In this document: positions 57,059 through 64,000 of the stretch, piece after piece
How positions within the stretch are numbered: the first letter of the stretch is position 1
How the letters are laid out: each line of letters begins with the position of its first letter
Notes under the pieces: model-generated
Seen by the model: only the letters and a program-made list of their open reading frames with translations
Databases searched by the model: none
Told to the model about the DNA's origin: nothing
DNA from: an uncultured Gammaproteobacteria bacterium
Lineage (GTDB): Bacteria; Patescibacteriota; Patescibacteriia; Magasanikbacterales; GCA-002688135
Direction: 5' to 3'
DNA length: 64,000 nucleotides
Assembly (NCBI GenBank): GCA_964536205.1
Contig: CAZHVT010000001.1
Span: 69,944 to 133,943, forward strand
Made by a program: the position numbers and the translations under genes

Positions 57059-57990
57059 AATATATTGTAACTGGAGGAGCGGGATTTGTTGGGTCTCATG
57101 TGGTTGATGCTCTGCTTACGCGTGGTGATGAGGTTCATATTATTGATGATTTGTCTTCGGGGAAGCGTGAGCATTTACATCGTGATGCAGTTTTTCATGA
57201 GATGAATCTTTCAGATTTTGAGGGTTTGAAAAAAGTTTTTGAGGGTGCTGATGGGGTATTTCATTTGGCGGCGCAGGCACGAATGCAATATTCGATTGCC
57301 GAGCCGTTGTTGACGCATCATTCAAATACGACTGGGACACTGCATGTTTTGTTGGCAGCGCGGGATTGTGGGGTGCGGCGAGTTGTATACTCTGCATCAT
57401 CATCTGCATATGGTGCGAAGGATGTGATGCCGGTTATAGAGAATATGGAAGCTTCGCCGATTATTCCGTATGCTGTGATGAAGTTTGTTGGTGAGAAGTA
57501 TTGTGAGATGATGCCAGTTTTTTATGATTTAGAGACGGTGAGTTTGAGATATTTTAATGTGTACGGGCCACGACAAACTACGGATATGGACGGGGCGTAT
57601 GCGACGGTGATTGGGATCTTTTGTGGGAAAGCGGAGAAGGGATTGAAGATGCCGATTGTGGGAGATGGATTACAGAAGAGAGATTTTACAAATGTGAAGG
57701 ATGTTGTGCGTGCTAATTTATTGGCGATGTCATCTGATAAAGTTGGAAAAGGAGAGATCTTGAATATTGGAACGGGTGTAAGTTATGAAATAAAAAAAGT
57801 CGCTGAAATGATTGGTGGGGAGATTGAGTTTATTCCGAAACGTCCGGGGGAGGTTCATGAAGTTCGTGCGGATAATTCGAAAGCTCGCGAATTGATTGGA
57901 TGGCAACCAGAAGTTACATTTGAACAAGGAATTGAGGAGTTGAGGGTTTTGCATGGGTTGAAGGAGAAGGCTGTAGTCTTGTCATCCTGA
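57055..57990 (+). CDS. NAD-dependent sugar-nucleotide epimerase/dehydratase (UDP-glucose 4-epimerase family)
   Basis: Rossmann motif TGGAGFVGSH, catalytic YxxxK (YAVMKFVGEKY) and typical extended SDR length. Confidence 0.8.
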   Translation: MKYIVTGGAGFVGSHVVDALLTRGDEVHIIDDLSSGKREHLHRDAVFHEMNLSDFEGLKKVFEGADGVFHLAAQARMQYSIAEPLLTHHSNTTGTLHVLLAARDCGVRRVVYSASSSAYGAKDVMPVIENMEASPIIPYAVMKFVGEKYCEMMPVFYDLETVSLRYFNVYGPRQTTDMDGAYATVIGIFCGKAEKGLKMPIVGDGLQKRDFTNVKDVVRANLLAMSSDKVGKGEILNIGTGVSYEIKKVAEMIGGEIEFIPKRPGEVHEVRADNSKARELIGWQPEVTFEQGIEELRVLHGLKEKAVVLSS

Positions 57991-58021
57991 ACGTTTTAGT
58001 CGAAGGATCTGGTTTTTCCTC

Positions 58022-58075
58022 ATGACGGATCCCGTACGACTACGGGATGACAAAGGATCGCGAGAAATCGCGGTT
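58022..58075. repeat. Family-C hairpin (ggatcccgtacgactacgggatgac) plus a second short hairpin (gatcgcgagaaatcgcggtttttt, likely the epimerase terminator)
   Basis: Sequence-identical core to the right hairpin at 7014-7032. Confidence 0.55.
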
Positions 58076-58146
58076 TTTGTATTGACAAAGTTTAAAAAGT
58101 GTGATAGATTTGGATTGTTCATTTGATTTAGAAAAAGGAGTTTCAT

Positions 58147-58617
58147 ATGCCTAGAAGGCTAGCATCACTTTTTCCATACAAGCCTGGTTACATTTGCCGT
58201 CGGGTCAATACTTTGCTTGGAACGACGTTTGAGTTTGAGGTTCCTGCTGAGCACATGCGGAAACGTGAGTCGGGTTGGATATTGGAAATTGCATGCATCA
58301 ACAAGAACAATAAAGTTCTCGGTTGTACAACGGGGTTGTCATTCAATGCTACTCATGGTGAGCCTGGAGTTCCGATCAGCATTTCCGAGAGACACAGCAT
58401 CACGATTACTTGTGCGACAGATGAGGATTTGCAGGATTTGCTTCGTCGAATGAAGAATGCGCCGGAAGGTTCATTTCCGGCTTCGCCAATCAGTACGAGG
58501 AATCGCATAACTCTTGCAGAATGGATGCAGTTGATTCGAGAGGAGGATTCCTTTTATGCTGGCATTCATCGCAGCGAGCTCGATCGTCTGAATCGACTTC
58601 TTGAAGAAGTGCTTTAG
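58147..58617 (+). CDS. Hypothetical protein (156 aa), module-type gene
   Basis: Family-C palindrome, then TATTGACA-17-TAGATT promoter (about 58080-58110), AAAGGAG RBS. Bidirectional terminator 58622-58648 downstream. Elevated GC. No motif. Confidence 0.4.
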   Translation: MPRRLASLFPYKPGYICRRVNTLLGTTFEFEVPAEHMRKRESGWILEIACINKNNKVLGCTTGLSFNATHGEPGVPISISERHSITITCATDEDLQDLLRRMKNAPEGSFPASPISTRNRITLAEWMQLIREEDSFYAGIHRSELDRLNRLLEEVL

Positions 58618-58642
58618 TAGCAGGATCCTTCGGGGTCCTTTT

Positions 58643-59752
58643 TTATTTTATGATTCTACGCACGGTGTGGTTGAGGCGGGTGAGGATTTCGTGTTCTATG
58701 GTGTTGCAAAGTTTCGCGGTTTGCGCGAGTGAGTTTGGGTCTTCGCGGTTTTTTGAATAGACGATTACTTCATCGCCCACGTTTGCATCGACATGAGAAA
58801 TATTTATGGTTGAATAATTCATGCTGATGTTTCCGACGATGTTGCAGATTGTTTCGTTGACGATCATGCAGCCCTTGTTTGAAAGTCGTCGTTCTAATCC
58901 TTCTTGATAGCCGATCGGAATTAATGCAATTTTCATATCTGTTGGTGCGCGGAAGGTGCTTGCGTATCCGATGGTTTCTCCTTTTTTAATTGTTCTTATC
59001 TGAACGATGCGAGAAACAAGTTCGAGTGCTGGCTGCAATTCGTCATATTTTGAATGGTCTTTTCCTGTTCCGTAGAGGACACGTCCGGCGCGAATAAGAT
59101 TTCCCTGAGTTTCTAATCCAAATACAATTGAATTACTTGCGTCCATGTATGTATATGTGAGAGGGATATTTTTTTGCTCAAAATGCGTGATGATTTTTTG
59201 GAAATTATCTACTTGGTTGTGTGTGAGTTGGGTTGGCATCATGTAATCTGCTTCTGCGAAATGTGACGCAATTCCCTCAACTCGTGCATTTTTTTCTGTG
59301 ATGAAATTTGTAATCCAATTTAGTTCATTAATATCAAATCCTTCACGATTCATTCCTGTGTTGAAAAAAAGATGTATGGCAGATTGTGGTTGAGATTCGT
59401 GAATTGTTTGAAGAGATTCTTTTGAATGTGCCATGAAAGAAAATGGATATTTTTTCTTTTGTAGATTTTCCGGGCGCGTGAATCCTAGAATGAGAATAGG
59501 TGTTTTGATTCCAGCATCCTTGAGCCGAAGTGCTTCATAGGTTGAATCTGCAAAAATGAATTCGATATTTTTATCATCCACGATTTTTGCGATTTCAATA
59601 ATGCCATGACCGTATCCATTACTCTTCACTACAACACCAATTTTTTTATCTCCAGCCCATTCCTGAATTTTTTTGAAATTATGAAGCAGGCGATCTTTAT
59701 AGATATAGATCGTGTTAAGGGTTTCGTATTTTTTTCGTGACCAGGGAAACAT
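58643..59752 (-). CDS. alr: Alanine racemase
   Basis: PLP-binding motif GVVVKSNGYGHG (compare AVVKANAYGHG) near the N-terminus. Alr-length TIM-barrel plus beta-domain protein. Start set at MFPWSRKKYE. Confidence 0.8.
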   Translation of the reverse strand: MFPWSRKKYETLNTIYIYKDRLLHNFKKIQEWAGDKKIGVVVKSNGYGHGIIEIAKIVDDKNIEFIFADSTYEALRLKDAGIKTPILILGFTRPENLQKKKYPFSFMAHSKESLQTIHESQPQSAIHLFFNTGMNREGFDINELNWITNFITEKNARVEGIASHFAEADYMMPTQLTHNQVDNFQKIITHFEQKNIPLTYTYMDASNSIVFGLETQGNLIRAGRVLYGTGKDHSKYDELQPALELVSRIVQIRTIKKGETIGYASTFRAPTDMKIALIPIGYQEGLERRLSNKGCMIVNETICNIVGNISMNYSTINISHVDANVGDEVIVYSKNREDPNSLAQTAKLCNTIEHEILTRLNHTVRRIIK

Positions 59753-59835
59753 AGTCTCTATCTTACTATGTTGATCTCGAGAGTCAAAGATTGACGTGAA
59801 ATGATAATGTGATAGAATAAAGCTCAACAATTTAT

Positions 59836-59911
59836 GGCGGCCGTGGTGTAATGGTTAGCACAGCAGTTTGTGGTACTGCTAGCGGCGGTTCAATTCCGCT
59901 CGGTCGCCCCA
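59836..59911 (+). tRNA. tRNA-His (anticodon GTG) with encoded G-1 and 3' CCA
   Basis: Manual fold: G-1, acceptor gcggccg/cggtcgc, D-arm ggtg-taatggtta-gcac, anticodon arm gcagt-ttgtggt-actgc, T-arm ggcgg-ttcaatt-ccgct, discriminator C, then CCA. Coordinates +/-1. Confidence 0.8.
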
Positions 59912-59975
59912 TCGGAAAACTCACCTTTTGGTGGGTTTTTCGTTTGGAATAAAAAATCCCGCACTGAAGTGCGGG
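59885..59975 (+). repeat. Repeat D0: authentic tRNA-His 3' half plus downstream conserved box (aactcaccttttggtgggtttttcgtttggaataaaaaa) and terminator hairpin. Prototype of the degenerate copies D1-D4.
   Basis: ggttcaattccgctcggtcgccccatcggaaaactcaccttttggtgggtttttcgtttggaataaaaaatcccgcactgaagtgcgggg. Confidence 0.7.
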
Positions 59976-59981
59976 GTGACG

Positions 59982-60461
59982 TTACACGTCGCCGGGGCAG
60001 TACGCAGTGACTGATACCCGAGACAGTGCCTCGTGCAGGAGCTCGAAGCGACGCGATTGTGTGTGAAAAGGTGTCAGTGTGAAACAGTAGGGCGTCATGG
60101 AAACACCCTTGTAGGCGAGTTTGGTGGCGATCCGAAGACACTCCCATTCCTCGTCGTACAGTACGTCGGTACCAAGACCGGCGCGAGTCACGTCGTCATC
60201 CCATGAAAGGAATCCGAGGTGTGTCTCATTTGTAACTGCTGACGCATTTTTCACGGTGAGATTATCATCCACGACAACGAAGTTGCCGGGAGCAGTCTCG
60301 ATCACGTCGATCCATCGATCCTCTGGGCAAGGCGCTGCGCTGGGATGCAGAAATGCATGACTAGCGCGGCGAGAATGAACGTCGTTTGCACGAAGATAGA
60401 TACGGTGAGTTTGCTTCATGACAGGTGCTCCATTGTGGTTTTCTTGGATATCTATCCCCAC
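59982..60461 (-). CDS. Hypothetical protein (159 aa) in a GC-rich (about 55%) segment, first cassette after tRNA-His
   Basis: ORF with a rho-independent terminator (rc of 59940-59975) downstream. Strong compositional contrast with the flanks. No motif. Confidence 0.4.
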   Translation of the reverse strand: MGIDIQENHNGAPVMKQTHRIYLRANDVHSRRASHAFLHPSAAPCPEDRWIDVIETAPGNFVVVDDNLTVKNASAVTNETHLGFLSWDDDVTRAGLGTDVLYDEEWECLRIATKLAYKGVSMTPYCFTLTPFHTQSRRFELLHEALSRVSVTAYCPGDV

Positions 60462-60559
60462 GGAACGTCACCTTATTTTTCTTAGTGCGAAATTAATGTA
60501 TCATTTTTGTTTAACATTGTCAACTCCTAAGCGCATGTATTTGCTTTTCCTCTGGTATT

Positions 60560-60745
60560 CCAGTTCGAACATCATACGCTACATGGCCCCATCAAAAAAC
60601 ACTCGTGAAAGCGAGTGTTTTTTTCTGCAAAGTTGGTGTCTGCAAACCACACCATTGTTTATTGTTTACGCTACGTGGCCCAGCGAACAACTCACCTTTT
60701 GGTGGGTTTTTCGTTTGGAATAAAAAATCTCGCCTTGGCGAGATT
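60560..60745 (+). repeat. Repeat D1 (split): agttcgaacatcatacgctacatggcccca [about 75-bp insert carrying a hairpin terminator and one arm of a 41-bp inverted repeat] cgctacgtggcccagcgaacaactcaccttttggtgggtttttcgtttggaataaaaaa plus hairpin
   Basis: Degenerate copy of the tRNA-His T-arm/acceptor 3' half and downstream box. Compare with D0. Confidence 0.6.
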
Positions 60746-60750
60746 GAGTG

Positions 60751-61326
60751 TTATGCGGTTGCCGCAATGCCGACTTCCATCCCCGAACACCTGCCTCTGT
60801 TGGTGAATTGTAACTCACATATAGCCTCTTGGCTCTCGAGCAGTTCCATGATCGCAGTACAGAATTTTTCGAGGTCTGATAGTGAGTCAAAGTGATCCCA
60901 CAAACCGTTTGCATCATATTCGATCGATGGATCGGATGCTGGTGAGCATGCCAGTCCTTCTGTTTTATAGTTTTCGCCGTATCCTTGATCAAACAGACGT
61001 TGCATCTCGGAAGGAAATAATACCTTGATTCTCTTCACTGCGAATGCGTCGGTAACTGATATGACCACTATTTCATTCACTTGAATGACTCTGCGTGTTG
61101 CTCGAATTTTTTTGGAGCAATTATATAGAGGATACAACCGTACATCCATATCACGTAGTGGAATTTGTTCGGACAGAGTTACCTCAACTTTAAATGACCA
61201 TCTTGTTGTTCTGCGATTTTGCTTGAGTCCTTTGAACCACATGAAAATATCCCGCAAGAATGACTCGACTCTTTCTTTTTTTTGATCATAAATTGCCAAT
61301 CCAAGTTGTGCCTGGTTCATCTGCAA
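60751..61326 (-). CDS. Hypothetical protein (191 aa), cassette 2 of the tRNA-His-linked array
   Basis: ORF bounded by degenerate tRNA-His 3'-half repeats. Its C-terminal codons run into the repeat/terminator, so the stop position is uncertain. Confidence 0.4.
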   Translation of the reverse strand: MQMNQAQLGLAIYDQKKERVESFLRDIFMWFKGLKQNRRTTRWSFKVEVTLSEQIPLRDMDVRLYPLYNCSKKIRATRRVIQVNEIVVISVTDAFAVKRIKVLFPSEMQRLFDQGYGENYKTEGLACSPASDPSIEYDANGLWDHFDSLSDLEKFCTAIMELLESQEAICELQFTNRGRCSGMEVGIAATA

Positions 61327-61427
61327 GCTCCTCTGTTTGTAAGTTAATTTTAAAAGATCTTTGTTATCCTATCATTGGTTTTTGTGTTTGTCAATGGTTG
61401 ATGTACATTGGTTTAAATTATCAATAA

Positions 61428-61525
61428 ATTAGTTCGAATTTTATGCGCTAGACGGCCCAGCGAAGAACTCACCTTTTGGTGGGTTTTTCGTTTGGAATAA
61501 AAAAACGCCGCGTAGGCGTTCTTAC
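61428..61525 (+). repeat. Repeat D2: agttcgaattttatgcgctagacggcccagcgaagaactcaccttttggtgggtttttcgtttggaataaaaaa plus hairpin (acgccgcgtaggcgt)
   Basis: Contiguous degenerate copy of the tRNA-His 3' half plus downstream box. Confidence 0.65.
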
Positions 61526-61529
61526 TGGT

Positions 61530-61886
61530 TCATTCAGATGTTGTCAATTGAAATTCAATTCTTCGCATGAAAAAGGTTTTTGTAGGAGACAGTCCTATGC
61601 AGTCAAACATTTCGATTGTTTCTGGATCCAGGCTTAAGCCTAATTTCCGTGCTTTGTATTTAAAGCGTTCAAGTACAAAACGTGCTTTTTTATCTAGTGC
61701 GTCGGTGTATCGTGCTGTGAAGGTGAAAAAGTGTAGTTCTTCACACAGTTCTTCTGGTGGTGTTGAATCCCAACTTCTCGTCATCTCTTTAATTTGATCT
61801 TTTTGTGCTTGGTGGCTCAAATCGTATTCCTCCTTGCTGTCAAAAGAATCTGGTGAGAATTTAGCATAATTTGGTTTGATTGTCAA
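61530..61886 (-). CDS. Hypothetical protein (118 aa), cassette 3
   Basis: ORF between repeat copies at about 61428-61525 and about 61904-61980. No motif. Confidence 0.4.
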   Translation of the reverse strand: MTIKPNYAKFSPDSFDSKEEYDLSHQAQKDQIKEMTRSWDSTPPEELCEELHFFTFTARYTDALDKKARFVLERFKYKARKLGLSLDPETIEMFDCIGLSPTKTFFMRRIEFQLTTSE

Positions 61887-61903
61887 TAGTTTGTAGTGAT
61901 TTT

Positions 61904-61980
61904 AGTTCGAACATCATACGCTAAGCGGCCCCAGATGAAATAACTCCCAAAAGGAGTTGTTTTGTTTTAGAAAAAATTGA
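61904..61980 (+). repeat. Repeat D3: agttcgaacatcatacgctaagcggcccca then a different hairpin terminator (aactcccaaaaggagtt plus T-run)
   Basis: 5' part homologous to D1/D2/D4. The downstream box is replaced. Confidence 0.55.
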
Positions 61981-62241
61981 ATTTTGGTTCAACTTTGATC
62001 ATTATAAGTTCGGTTGGGGTGGTATAGAATGGTTGTTTTATAGAAACGGCAGTATGTAATCTTGTTAACATCCTGTTTCTTCTTGCCCATCGAAAAAACC
62101 AAGAAATAGAAAACTTCCGCTTGCGGAAGTTTTGTGTCGGTTTTAAATTTTGTGAACATGGTTTTTTTTGGGGCATTTTTGGAAAATGTTTACTTTGCGT
62201 GTATTTCTTTTCTTATTTCTTCTGCTAGTTTCCTTACTCTT

Positions 62242-62898
62242 TCATCGGTGAATTTCTTCGTGATAGCGTCTCCAGTGTTCGCCTCGTTGTAACAGGCTAA
62301 GATCGTTTGCGCTTAGCCATTCTTCTCCAAATCCGGGTTCCCCAATGTTGTATATGGGTTTGTCATCATTGTTTTCTCCGTCAACCCATTTGTCGTAGTC
62401 GACGGTGTAGACGAATTCTGTTTCTCCAGAAAGTGTGACGACTGTGTCTCCTTCCCAGATTTTTGTGTCAGGATGATCTCCTATGAAATCGTGGTTTGGG
62501 TTTATGTCTGTAGTGAGTTTCAGCTGTCTGTAGTATTCTTCTCGTTTTGTCATTTCGGCGCGATCGGCTAGTTCTAGGAAGTGTGCGTGGATTGGTAGGA
62601 TATCGCCGTTCGTCAGTTTGACGAAAACTTTTTCTCTGTCTAGGTGTTTCCCTGGTTTTTTTCCGGCTCCGTTGTAGGTGAATCCAGTGAAGTAGGAATA
62701 GAATCTCTGTACCGTACCTTGTGTGCCTGGTGGGCATTGTGGCGTGCTTGTTGTGAGTGAAATGATGCCGCGGGTGGGGAGCGGTGTGTTTTCTATTACA
62801 CACACTCTGTCACCAATTTTCAGTAGCTGTCCGTTCATGATTTTCTCCATGTTTGTTTTTTTGAATAAGGAACGAATAGATTGTTGATAAAATAGCAT
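62242..62898 (-). CDS. Hypothetical protein (218 aa), cassette 4
   Basis: ORF with a bidirectional hairpin terminator at 62108-62135 downstream. No motif. Confidence 0.4.
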   Translation of the reverse strand: MLFYQQSIRSLFKKTNMEKIMNGQLLKIGDRVCVIENTPLPTRGIISLTTSTPQCPPGTQGTVQRFYSYFTGFTYNGAGKKPGKHLDREKVFVKLTNGDILPIHAHFLELADRAEMTKREEYYRQLKLTTDINPNHDFIGDHPDTKIWEGDTVVTLSGETEFVYTVDYDKWVDGENNDDKPIYNIGEPGFGEEWLSANDLSLLQRGEHWRRYHEEIHR

Positions 62899-63024
62899 GT
62901 TTTTTAGGTTTTGTCAATGGTTATATTTCAAATTAAACAATGTAAACAATAAACAATGGTAAACAATGGTGTGGTTTGCAGACACCAACTTTGTAACATT
63001 ACGTGGATTTCTTGTTTCGCAATG

Positions 63025-63060
63025 TAGTTCGAATGTCATACGCTAGGTGGCTCCATTATA
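63025..63060 (+). repeat. Repeat D4: agttcgaatgtcatacgctaggtggctcca (tRNA-His 3'-half-like)
   Basis: Homologous to the D1-D3 5' parts. Lies just right of the 41-bp inverted-repeat arm at 62940-62990. Confidence 0.5.
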
Positions 63061-63116
63061 ATTTACCTTAAGGTTTTTTTGTATAAAAAAAGAGCTCGGT
63101 ATTACCGAGCTAGTTT

Positions 63117-63320
63117 CTAGAAATAAACGCACTCCTCGCAATCTTCGTCTGGTGCTGCGCCGTGTTCGCATAACCCCAGATCTTCGTTGCAGGGTCCTTC
63201 GTCGCCGAGACAGAATCCGTTCATGCATTGATATTCTGTTTCGGAACTCCCCTCCATTGGTTCGTCGCATAGAGCGCAATTGGGTGGTGATTCCGTTACT
63301 ACGTTGGTTTTTGCTACCAA
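63117..63320 (-). CDS. Small acidic cysteine-rich protein (67 aa, 10 Cys), cassette 5
   Basis: CALCDEPMEGSSETEYQCMNGFCLGDEGPCNEDLGLCEHGAAPDEDCEECVYF. Terminator hairpin at 63085-63112 downstream. Possible metal-binding or disulfide-rich mini-protein. Confidence 0.35.
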   Translation of the reverse strand: MVAKTNVVTESPPNCALCDEPMEGSSETEYQCMNGFCLGDEGPCNEDLGLCEHGAAPDEDCEECVYF

Positions 63321-63411
63321 TTTATTTCCCCTTTTTTGCTGTCACAGTGAAAATGTACTGTCGTTAGGCTACCACAAAATAGGTTTCTTGTCAATCCTTT
63401 TATATGTTTTG

Positions 63412-63882
63412 CTATTGTTTTCTGAAGTAGTTTGCTGTGGGGAGTTCGGATTGTGGGGCATGGCGCTGCAGATCAGGAAGTGCGGATGCGATTTCGTCCC
63501 AGATTTCTTTAAGTTCTTCTATAGATATTTTTTGATTAAGGGTGAGCGACAACATGTCTGGTTCTATTTCTACTTCGATTTCTTTTTCTTCGAGTATGTT
63601 TTTAATTTCTTTTGGGAGTAAGAGTTTTTCGAAATCATTTTGCGTGCATCCAACGAATTGGGTGTTTTCTTCTCCGAATCCACATCCGTATGTGGAATAA
63701 CCTTTTGTTCTGATGAGTTTGAGTGCGTCGCGCATGTGTGGTTCGATGTCTTCGATGTATGCTCCCATTCTTTTTTCGAATTCTGTTGGTGTGGGATTTG
63801 TTTCTTTTCGTTCTTTTGATTCTTTTCGTGATTGTTGGTGAGCGTCTTCTCGCAGGGTCTGAAAGTGGATGAGGAGTTCCAT
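63412..63882 (-). CDS. Hypothetical protein (156 aa), cassette 6. Another minus-strand ORF continues past the window end.
   Basis: ORF with no recognisable motif. Confidence 0.4.
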   Translation of the reverse strand: MELLIHFQTLREDAHQQSRKESKERKETNPTPTEFEKRMGAYIEDIEPHMRDALKLIRTKGYSTYGCGFGEENTQFVGCTQNDFEKLLLPKEIKNILEEKEIEVEIEPDMLSLTLNQKISIEELKEIWDEIASALPDLQRHAPQSELPTANYFRKQ

Positions 63883-64000
63883 GGTTTCATTAGACAGATT
63901 ATGGAATTCTTGTAGTTCTTTTATTTCTGCTTTTGTTCCAGAAATAAGCGTTTTGTTTACGATGTCTAGATTTAGAAAGCGTTCGTTTGGGTCTTTTGAT

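Noticed and set aside
1-64000. CRISPR array or cas genes
   Set aside because: No series of regularly spaced identical direct repeats with unique spacers was found. The repeated elements here are palindromes of differing families at irregular spacing, and no Cas-like proteins are present.
59836-64000. Classical integron (intI, attI, attC cassette array)
   Set aside because: The only tyrosine recombinase is 3.5 kb away, co-directional with intervening housekeeping genes. The inter-cassette repeats derive from a tRNA 3' half rather than from attC-type imperfect palindromes with conserved R and L boxes.

Overview
This window looks like about 64 kb of chromosome from a moderate-GC (about 42-45%) Candidate Phyla Radiation (Patescibacteria/Parcubacteria-like) bacterium. 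That placement is an inference from gene content and architecture. The genes use the standard genetic code, and most have strong AGGAGG Shine-Dalgarno sites. Recognisable core genes, with strand, are: hppA (-), a LysM/M23 peptidase (+), comM (-), rpsF-ssb-rpsR (+), epmA-efp (+), a P-type ATPase (+), trpS (+), recA (-), ftsK (-), rnhB (+), corA (-), galU (+), mgtE (+), rpoB-rpoC (+), yebC (+), ruvC (+), pnp (-), rpsO (-), a Xer-family tyrosine recombinase (+), a sugar-nucleotide epimerase (+) and alr (-). tRNA-Arg(TCT) and tRNA-His(GTG) are also present. Three regions stand out. (1) At 30.1-37.4 kb there is a co-directional tandem array of nine paralogous secreted proteins that share a C-terminal TrbC/VirB2-type pilin-like two-helix domain (motif YGGFxWMTxxG). 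Two of them carry very large cysteine-rich ectodomains fused in front of nearly identical pilin domains. (2) Downstream of tRNA-His, from 59.9 kb to the window end, six small minus-strand orphan genes are separated by degenerate copies of the tRNA-His 3' half. This looks like the scar of serial site-specific integration, and it includes a GC-rich gene and a 41-bp inverted-repeat pair. (3) At 37.5-38.6 kb there is a roughly 58% GC island encoding two lipoproteins, bordered on the right by a nested palindrome. The intergenic spacers are also saturated with at least five families of palindromic repeat elements. One of these is a conserved intercistronic stem-loop placed immediately upstream of ssb, rpsR, efp, rpoC and a NYN-domain gene. 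Eight small genes are self-contained modules, each with a terminator, a TATTGACA-type promoter, an RBS, an ORF and its own terminator. No CRISPR array, rRNA gene or complete prophage is visible.
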